Shown piece by piece: positions 54,417-64,000 of a DNA stretch of 64,000 nt (position 1 is the first letter of the stretch; each line of letters opens with the position of its first letter). A program made the position numbers and the translations under genes. Source of the stretch: Octopus sinensis (lineage: Eukaryota); contig NC_043004.1 in the NCBI RefSeq assembly GCF_006345805.1, positions 55,242,001-55,306,000 of the forward strand. Direction: 5' to 3'. A model generated the notes under the pieces. That model made no database searches and was not told where the DNA came from. It saw nothing but the letters and a program-made list of their open reading frames with translations.

Positions 54417-55240
54417 CTATGTATGTATGTATGTATGTATTATGTATGTATGTATGTATGTATGTATGTATGTATGTATGTATGTATGTATGTATGTGTG
54501 TGTGTATGTATGTATGTATGTATGTGTGTGTGTATGCATGTATGTATGTATGTATGTATGTATGTATGTATGCATGTATGTATGTATGTATGTATATATG
54601 TATGTATGCATGTAAGTATGTATGTATGTATGTATGTATGCGTCTGTGTGTGTATGTATGTATGTATGTATGTATGCGTCTGTGTGTGTATGTATGTATG
54701 TATGTATGTATGTATGCGTCTGTGTGTATGTATGTATGTATGTATGTATGCGTCTGTGTGTGTATGTATGTATGTATGTTTGTGTGTATGTTTGTATGTA
54801 TGTATGTATGATGTATTTATGTGTGTATGTATGTGTGTATGTATGTGTGTGTGTATGTATGTATGTATGTATGTGTGTATGTGTGTATGTATGTATGTAT
54901 GTATGTATGTATGTATGTATGTATGTATACATGTATCTGTCTGTGTGTGTATGTGTGTATGTATGTATGTAAGTATGTATGTATGTATATATGTATGTAT
55001 GCATGTATGTATGTATGTATGCGTCTGTGTGTGTATGTATGTATGTATGTATGCGTCTGTGTGTGTATGTATGTATGTATGTATGTATGTATGTATGTTT
55101 GTGTGTATGTTTGTATGTATGTATGATGTATTTATGTGTGTATGTATGTGTGTATGTATGTGTGTGTGTATGTATGTATGTATGTGTGTATGTGTGTATG
55201 TATGTGTGTATGTATGTATGTATGTATGCATGTATGTATG

Positions 55241-55274
<34 letters not shown>

Positions 55275-55720
55275 GTATGTATGTATGTATGCGTCTGTGT
55301 GTGTATGTATGTATGTATATATGTATGTATGTTGTATGTATGTATGTATGTATGTATGCGTCTGTGTATGCATGTATGTATGTATGTATGTATGTATGTA
55401 TGTATGTGTGTATGTATGTGTGTATGTATGTACGTATGTATGTATGTACCCATGCATGCATGTATGTATGTATGTATGTATGTATGTATGTATGTATGTG
55501 TGTGTGTGTATGTATGTTTGTATGTGTGCATGTACCTATATCTGTCTGTCTGTCTGTATGTATGTACGTATGTATGTATGAACCCATGCATGCATGTATG
55601 TATGTATGTATGTATGTATGTATGTATGTATGTATGTATGTGTGTGTGTGTATGTATGTTTGTATGTGTGCATGTACCTATATCTGTCTGTCTGTCTGTA
55701 TGTATGTACGTATTCATGTA
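54417..55720. repeat. 1.3-kb degenerate (TATG)n microsatellite
   Basis: Direct reading. Confidence 0.95.
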
Positions 55721-56127
55721 TACATGTTTATAAGTATGTGCACTCATACCTATGTATGTGTGTACGTACATGTGTGCATGTTTACGCATGCATATACATA
55801 CATGTATGCATATACCGCTTACGTCTACTACAAAACCATTTTCTATAATATTCTGTTATGTTACATACATCACGAGTTAATGAAGATGAATCTTTCTAGT
55901 TACCCAACCTGCTAAAAAATGCAACTATATCTCCCTCAAACGACACAGAAGAATTTTGAAAAGAGGTGAGGAGATACATTGGATAATATAATCCTAGAAA
56001 AGCAATGCTTGCGAGAAGCACGGATGGTCATTTCTGGAATGCTTTTGATCATAGGCCTGCTTGCTCAGGACTGACCCAGGGATAAACAACATCAATTATG
56101 CAATAAGATATACAATTAGTGCATAAG

Positions 56128-56446
56128 ACTCCGCCGGTTACGACGACGAGGGTCCCAGCTGATACGATCAACGGAACAGCTTGCTCGTGAAATTAACGTG
56201 CAAATGGCTGAGCATTCCACAGACACGTGTACCCTTAACGTAGTTCTCGGGGATAATCAGCGTGACACAGAGAGTGACAAGGCTGACCCTTTGAAGTACA
56301 AGTACAACTCATTTTTGCCAACTGAGTGGACTGGAGCAACGTGAAATAAAGTGTCTTGCTCAAGGACACAACGCGTCGCCGGGAATCGAACTCACAACCT
56401 TACGATCATGAGCCGAATGCCCTAACCACTAAGCCACGCGCCCTCA
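56128..56446 (-). mobile_element. SINE family 2, full length
   Basis: Reverse complement collinear with 19691-19990. Confidence 0.88.
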
Positions 56447-56612
56447 CATGCATAACACTATACAGTTATATAGTCATACCATATACCATTGTACTATGTC
56501 ATACAGCGTTATAGTACATTACTATACACCACTGTACCTTGGTATATAGTATTATGCAGAACTACCACACACAACAGTACTATGTTATACAGTAAAACTA
56601 TATAATACGGTA

Positions 56613-56647
<35 letters not shown>

Positions 56648-56866
56648 ATATATATATATATATATATCTTATATATATCTATATATATATATATATATAT
56701 ATATATAAGTTCAGCAAAATTTAGATTCAAATGAATACGGTACTTAAGTTAGATGCACCAGAATTTTGCATGGTGTTATCCATATAAATCCATGGGGTGA
56801 TTATAATCAAAATAAGCAACAAGAATAACTTCGGTTATTCCGAAGTTATTCTTGTTGCTTATTTTG

Positions 56867-56905
<39 letters not shown>

Positions 56906-56910
56906 TATAT

Positions 56911-57281
56911 CTTTTACTCTGCGGCCATGCTGGAAGCACCGCCTTTAGTCGAGCAAATCGACCCCGGGACTTATTCTTTGTAAGCCCAGTACTTTTTCTA
57001 TCGGTCTCTTTTGCCGAACCGCTAGGTGACGGGACGTAAACACACCAGCATCGGTTGTCAAGCAATGCTAGGGGAACAAACACAGACACACAAACACACA
57101 CACACATATATACATATATACGACAGGCTTCTTTCAGTTTCCGTCTACCAAATCCACTCACAAGGCATTGGTCAGCCCAGGGCTATAGCAGAAGACACTT
57201 GCCCAAGATGCCACGCAGTGGGACTGAACCCGGAAACATATGATTGGGAAGCAAGCTACTTACCACACAGCCACTCCTGAG
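56911..57281 (-). mobile_element. SINE family 1
   Basis: Family motifs. Confidence 0.85.
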
Positions 57282-57287
57282 TTATAG

Positions 57288-57348
<61 letters not shown>

Positions 57349-57859
57349 ATATATATTATATATATATCACTGAAGTCTCTATACACAAGTATTATACAGT
57401 GCTGTACTCTTTTATAAACCACTCCTGTACACCAATGTATTATGTTATACACGACACGACTATTGTACAACACTCTGTTATACAGCGATGTTATACACCA
57501 CTGAATTCGCTGTACACACTACATCGCACCATATTTCAGAACTTTAGCTCAATACTTTGCAGGTATAAACTCTGAATACATCGTATTTACACGCCATACA
57601 CGTAGACAACATACATGGATTCAACATACATACGTTGTACATGCACGCATTCTAATACTAACACATTACGACACACATCACATATAAACACACACACACA
57701 CACCATATATAAACACATACACGCGCACACACAAACACACACACATACAGACACACGCACAGTATCTTAGCAATCTCAATTACAATTAAAACATCACAGC
57801 TATCGTAATTATATAAAATCATCGTCGTCATCGTGATCAGCGTCAACATCGTCATCCTT

Positions 57860-58900
57860 GTCATCATCATTTAATCGTCATCATCATCCTCAAGTCGTTG
57901 CTGTCGTCGTCGTCGTCATCGTCATCGTCGTTCTCATCGTCATCATAATCATCCTTCATCAACAACTTCGTCATCGTCATCATCATCATTTATCACCACC
58001 ACCATTACCACCACCACCACCACCACCGACACCACCACCACCGACACACCACCACCACCACCACCACCACCACCACCACCACCACCACCACCACCACACC
58101 ACCACCACCACCACCACCACCACTACCACCACCACCACCCACCACCACCACTGCCACCACCACCACCACCACCACCACCACCACCACCACCGACACAACC
58201 ACCACCACCACCACCACCACCACCACCACCACCACCACCACCACCACCACCACCACTATCACCACCACCACCACCAACCGCCACCACCACCACTGCCACC
58301 ACCACCACCACCAACCACCACCACACCACCGACACACCACCACACCACCACCACCACCACCACCACCACCACCACCCCCCCCACCACCACCACCACCACC
58401 ACCACCACCACCACCACCACCACCACCACCGACAACACCCACCACCACCACCACCACCACCACCACCACCACCACCACCACCACCACCACCACCACCACC
58501 ACCAGCTCCGCCACCACCACCGCCACCACCACCACCCACCATACCCCACCACCACCACCACCACCACCACCACCACCCACCACCACACCACCACCACGCA
58601 CCTACACCACCACCACCACCACCACCACCACGTCCCACCACCACCACCACCACCACCACCACCACTACCAACCACCAACCACCACCACCACACCACTGAC
58701 ACGCCTCCACCACCACACCACCACCACCCCCCCCACCACCACCACACCCCCACCACCACCACCACCACCACCACCACCAACCCCACCACGCACCACCACT
58801 CCGACCACCACCACCACCACCACCACCACCACCACCACCACCACCCTTCCGCTCACCACCGCCACCAGCCACTCCACCAACACCACATCCACCACCACCA
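57860..58900. repeat. (GTC/ATC)n followed by about 900 bp of (CAC)n microsatellite
   Basis: Direct reading. Confidence 0.95.
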
Positions 58901-59377
58901 AACGCTTCCGATTTCAGTGTCGTTCCTTCCTATCTCTCTCTCTCCGTATTCCAATAAAATCCCCTCGTCCCCCCTCTGTCAGTCACTCTCTCTCTTCCCC
59001 TCCTTCTCTCTAGAGAATTGAATATGACATATACCGATAATTAGAAATCAGAATAACAACGAAGCGGAGTTGGAGGTGGTGGTGGTGGTGCATCCTTTTG
59101 ACATGTGTCACTGTGAGTGTGAGTGTGAGTGAGTGAGTGAGTGAGTGAGTGAGTGGGTGTGTGATTGTATGTGTGTGAGTGCATGTTTATGTGCTTATAT
59201 GAACGTGCAAAATGGATTCTTTTCTAGATAATATTTCTGAATATTCGTGTAGCTGTAAGTATTTATGCGCACGAACAATAAAATATGCGTCGTATGGCCT
59301 ATCTATGCGTTCATGCATCCCCGTGTTGTGTTTCCCTGTGTGTTTCTATGTAAATATGCATATATATATATATATAT

Positions 59378-59424
<47 letters not shown>

Positions 59425-59475
59425 ATATATATATATATGTATATATATATGTGTGTGTATATGCATATTATATAT

Positions 59476-59550
<75 letters not shown>

Positions 59551-59875
59551 CTATACATATGTGTGTGTGTGTGTGTCTGTGTGCATCTATGATTATGCAT
59601 CTGAGAGTTTCAGCGAGGATGTATGCACAGGCATAAAACAGGAAGGAAGTGAGATATTGGCAGGTACTTAAAGAAATTGTCATTAATTGCTGCCGTATCT
59701 CTTTGATGTTTCTAAATGCCTTTGACATGTAACAACCCCCCTCCACCCCCACCCGCACATGAAAACACACACACACACATATGTACACATGCATGAATAT
59801 ATGTAAATACGTTTATAAGTATCTTTTTGATGTCACTAAATACCTTTGATATGTAATATGCACAGGTATAAATGC

Positions 59876-59928
<53 letters not shown>

Positions 59929-60182
59929 CGCGCACACATATATACACGTATATGTGTATACACACGTACGTGTGTATATACGCAAGTAAGTAAATATAAG
60001 TATATATATATATCCGGCATACGCGATTGATGTGGTACTTGATTGAAACAGCCATCTATATATCATACTTAATGTGTGTGTGTGTGTGAGCGTGAGTGTA
60101 TACATGTATATTTGTATGTATACATATAAGTATATGTAAGTATATTATGCATATATGTATACGAGTGTGTGCCTGCGTAATA

Positions 60183-60215
<33 letters not shown>

Positions 60216-60221
60216 AACACA

Positions 60222-60273
<52 letters not shown>

Positions 60274-60329
60274 ATATTATTTTATTTGTTAACGTGCACA
60301 AATATCTTACGCTTTGTAAAATATTTTCA

Positions 60330-60711
60330 CTAGCAGTATCGCCCGGCGTTGCTCGGGTTTGTAAGGGAAATAACTATAAAGCATTTTTAGACAGTTATAG
60401 CCAAAAATTAGCAAAAAATGCATTAAAAATGGAAAAAAAATGATGGTAAATTTTTTTTTAAATCGTTGACTCATCGTAGACAAGGGTTTTTTTAATAGCG
60501 AAAAAATGCATTAAAATGGAAAAAAAATGATGGTAAATTATTTTTTAAATCGTAGACTCATCGTAGACACGCGCTAATACCCAGAAGGGCTCGATATGAA
60601 TCACGACTATAAGATACCCGCTTTTGGTTACACTGCACCGCAAAATGTGGGAGTAGTTAGGAATCTAAATCGTAGGAGACAGACACACAACTTCACTTTT
60701 ATATATAAAGA
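60330..60711 (-). mobile_element. Helitron family B copy
   Basis: CTAG + CCCGAGCAACGCCGGG hairpin; TCTTTATATATAAAAG start; A|T site. Confidence 0.9.
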
Positions 60712-60925
60712 TATGACAAAAGTATGTCCTCACTGAATGTGTGGTAAATATGATAATTAATTATGGCATTATTCTAGGTAGCCAAAATTCGATGCACTGG
60801 CTAAAAATCGTGTGCGCACGCACAGATGAATAAAAATAAAACCCACTTAATTTTCTCCCTCTCTTTAAATATACATAATATACATACACACATTCATGCA
60901 CACACACACACACACACACACACAC

Positions 60926-60974
<49 letters not shown>

Positions 60975-61393
60975 GTATAAGCAAAAATGCTAGTTCTAAG
61001 ATCTCTCTGACAGTTGTACTGACAAGTAATATTGGTAGCCATTTCAAAAAAGCTGTCCGTTCGAACGGACTCTACTGTGATATTCTAACACCAAGAGGAC
61101 ATCTCCTCTAGCTGGTTAACGATGCGGAGCTGCGTCCGATAAATTGCGAGCAGGGAAGCGAAGCCCTACCATCTTCTAGCGACAGGACCAGTAGACCAGT
61201 CCTGGGTTCGGGCTATTTCTGCCACTCTTCGGCGATAAATTGCACCCAGAGGAGTGCAGTTTGTTAAGTTATTTTCTTCCTGTATTAATTTGTTATAACT
61301 TATCTGAGTCTTAACCGTCAAGAGTGCATAGATGCATGGTATAGTGTTGATCTTCTATGCTATGAATCGTATAAAACTGCTTTAAAGTATCAG

Positions 61394-61830
61394 GAACTAC
61401 TTTAAATGTTCCATCAAAATCCAAATGTCTGATGGCATCACTTTGTCTCCAACAATTCGGTGCGACACAAGTGCAGAATCACCTCCCTCCGACAAGTCAT
61501 CCTAATGAGACGTCTGCGTTGGCAGGGTCATGCCCTCCGTCGTCAACCAGGAGAATTCATCTACGAAGCAATTGCCCCAGCAATCTTCAGGATTAGCGAA
61601 AGCGTTGTGGTGGACAACGAAAAACCTGGCTGATGACGGTCAAGGCTTATCTGGAACCCAACCTAGGCCCCCCATATCTACGGCATTCGCCGCTGGAATA
61701 AGGAGTGGTTGGAGATCACACGGTCGTTGGCCTCAAATCGCCAGGCCTGGTCGGCGTTTGTGAGAGATGCAGCATTGAGGGTAAATGAAGCCAGCTCAAC
61801 CCACCCCGGGTGAATGCTGTAAGAAGAAAG
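61394..61830 (+). mobile_element. RTE-clade LINE 3' fragment
   Basis: RITSLRQVILMRRLRWQGHALRR…GGQRKTWLMTVK…LASNRQAWSAFVRDA…EASSTHPG*. Confidence 0.8.
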
Positions 61831-61844
61831 AAATGAGAGGACTT

Positions 61845-62370
61845 TTTTTTTTAGAAATTCTATGCTTTTATTCGTTCCAAATATCAAAATCTTGCCGTAA
61901 AACGTTGAATCATGCAACAAAAAAATCCCCTCTTTGGTTGTTTTCAGGGTTTTCAGATATAATAAGATTTTGAGCACATGATGATAACAGCAAATAGTTC
62001 CTTTTCTTCTGTTTATAACGTCTTACATCTCATCGAAGGATATGGAGGGAAGGTATTTTTGTAGCTGCCTCTTCCGATTCAGATGCACAAGATTCGGCAA
62101 TGTAGTCTCTTCAGTTTTTGTTGCACGTTTTTAAAATTTCTTGAAACAATTTTGCAGCTTCACACTTCGGTGTATCTGGTATGTGTGTGCATCACAGTGT
62201 TCGATAGTCTCACCTTGACGCATTTTACCCTTGCTTTATATGACGCCTTAGACCGCCGTCATTCACATTAGTAAGATATCACACCATTTATCGAATCTTT
62301 CTGCTTTACGTAAATATATTCGCCATGTAATAATTTCAATACTCTTCACAAACTACATCTTCTTTGTGTG
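61845..62370 (-). mobile_element. FLYWCH-MULE transposase relic
   Basis: LLHGEYIYVKQK…SYKARVK; HTHIPDTPKCEAAK…KRATKTEET; EEAATKIPSL..LR*DVRR; FLLHDS…KILIFGT. Confidence 0.7.
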
Positions 62371-62594
62371 GAAGTTAAGCGGGTTTATATACAAAAAATT
62401 CTTCACCGCCTTGAGGGCAACTGTATAAGCCATAAAAAATAAATGAAACAAGCAAGGGAATGTACTACTATTTAAATAAGTTACAGAAAACAAGGCAATT
62501 CATCAATATTCCTGTGGTGTAATATTAACCACCGGGGGATTTTGTCCTGATACCATATACATACACACACATACATACATACATACATACATAC

Positions 62595-62625
<31 letters not shown>

Positions 62626-62635
62626 CATACATACA

Positions 62636-62673
<38 letters not shown>

Positions 62674-62737
62674 ATGCATGTATGTATATATATATTTATT
62701 CATATATGCATATATATACATACATACACACAAATAT

Positions 62738-62784
<47 letters not shown>

Positions 62785-63544
62785 TTTCTCCAATTTATTT
62801 TCCCAATTTATATTCTTGTATGTTATATTTTAATAATTACTGGTATCTTTATATATTAATATATTTTTATATGTAAAGCATATGTTATATACGCGTGTAT
62901 ATTCTTGTAATTTTCATTTTAGTAAATAAATAAATAAATTGACATAATATAATGTCTAAAAGTTGATGAACCCCCTATTGTTCCCCTCCATTTTCTTATT
63001 GCTCTCCTTATTTGCAAAACAAGACAAAAGTTGCAAGCGACAAAAGTTTTTATAGGAACGTCCGATTTTTATAATTTTGGTGTCAAAAGGACCGTCATGT
63101 TGCGACATTTCAGACAAATATTTTGGCACTGCCTTGAAGCCTCTGATTCCCAAGAAAATTGCAAAAAACTTTGAAAAAAATCGATTTTTCGCATTTTTGC
63201 AAAGTTACACGGTAGAAAACTTCTTACTGGAAAGTCCTATTTCCTTGGTTTTTACGGCTAAAAAGCCACCATGTTACGGTGGTTCTATCAAGTATCTGTT
63301 CTATGTCCAAAGGCATCCCTGTGTGACAAAAAAAAAAACGAAAAAAACTGAAAAAAAAAATCGATTTTTATACACTTTCCCCCCCTTTAAACCTTTAAAA
63401 CTTCTCACTGCTTTGGTGGATTGCGTTCAAACTTTACACACTATTTACTCATCCTAAGATTTGAACAGAATTCATCCGTGTATGACCAAAAATTGCGAAA
63501 ATATGAGTAGAAAATCGACTTTTTGTCCTTAAAGCCCTCATTTT

Positions 63545-64000
63545 TGACCGAACATGAGGGCCCAGCTTTTCGGCGACAATTTATCGGGTGACTTCTCCAA
63601 GCAACTTCTCACCGTTGGTGATGACACAGCTCCTTCCGATGCAACTGGAGAGATGGCTGTCTTACACGTAGACACACCTGTGGATACTGTGGACGACCCT
63701 ACGACCGCTGTTTGCCTCGATCTGCCTGAATTGGCTGTGCGATAGAGCCATATTAGCTCCTAAAACCACATTTGTTGCGAAACACAATGAACCCCTACTA
63801 CGAAGCCTTCCTGGAAAACTCCACATTTACAAGTCTGTGGACACTGTTGTGGACCAAAAAGAGGCCGTTAATTTTCCCGCAGAATTCCTCAATTCCTTGC
63901 ACCCCTCCGGTCATGCTGCTGAGCATTGGAGCTCCGGTCATGCTGCTGAGGAACCTGGAGCTACCACGTCTGTACAACGGAACGTGGTTAGTGGTAAAAA
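63545..64000 (+). mobile_element. Helitron Rep/Hel PIF1-helicase fragment, degraded, runs off the window
   Basis: NMRAQLFGD…FSKQLLTVGD; WLCDRAILAP; YKSVD…FPAEFLNSL; GAPVMLLRNL…LYNGT. Confidence 0.88.

Noticed and set aside
54375-55915. Several 250-450 aa MYVC/HTYI ORFs (also at 5.8-6.6, 24.3, 32.5, 35.1 and 49.4 kb)
   Set aside because: Stop-free microsatellite translations
57858-59021. 387-aa His/Pro/Thr-rich ORF
   Set aside because: Translation of a (CAC)n microsatellite; open in several frames and both strands, TTG start, no domain or splice support
62930-63540. Transposon-like interior sequence upstream of the helicase relic
   Set aside because: No termini or TSD identified; left unclassified

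Overview
Eukaryotic, microsatellite-rich, AT-rich genomic DNA. The SINE, Helitron and Penelope repeat families look like those of an Octopus genome (inference). The only host-gene piece I can support is the first coding exon of a secreted type-B carboxylesterase/neuroligin-family gene (+ strand, CDS 34546-35052). It has a splice acceptor upstream and a donor downstream, and I found no further exon in the window. Everything else is mobile DNA: a near full-length but broken L1/Tx1-clade LINE (1.0-6.0 kb), a Penelope-like GIY-YIG element with inverted terminal repeats (8.0-9.7 kb), a 9-kb head-to-tail array of three non-autonomous Helitrons with nested cargo (10.2-19.2 kb), a decayed DD37D Tc1/mariner, MITEs, RTE/CR1/MULE/Helitron-helicase relics and many tRNA-derived SINEs. 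The least obvious layer is about 15 hammerhead-ribozyme motifs, read by eye, inside Penelope-type terminal-repeat and fold-back relics. They include a 504-nt tandem unit bounded by two same-strand hammerheads (retrozyme-like) and recurrent non-canonical catalytic cores. All calls are by-eye; no searches or folding programs were run.
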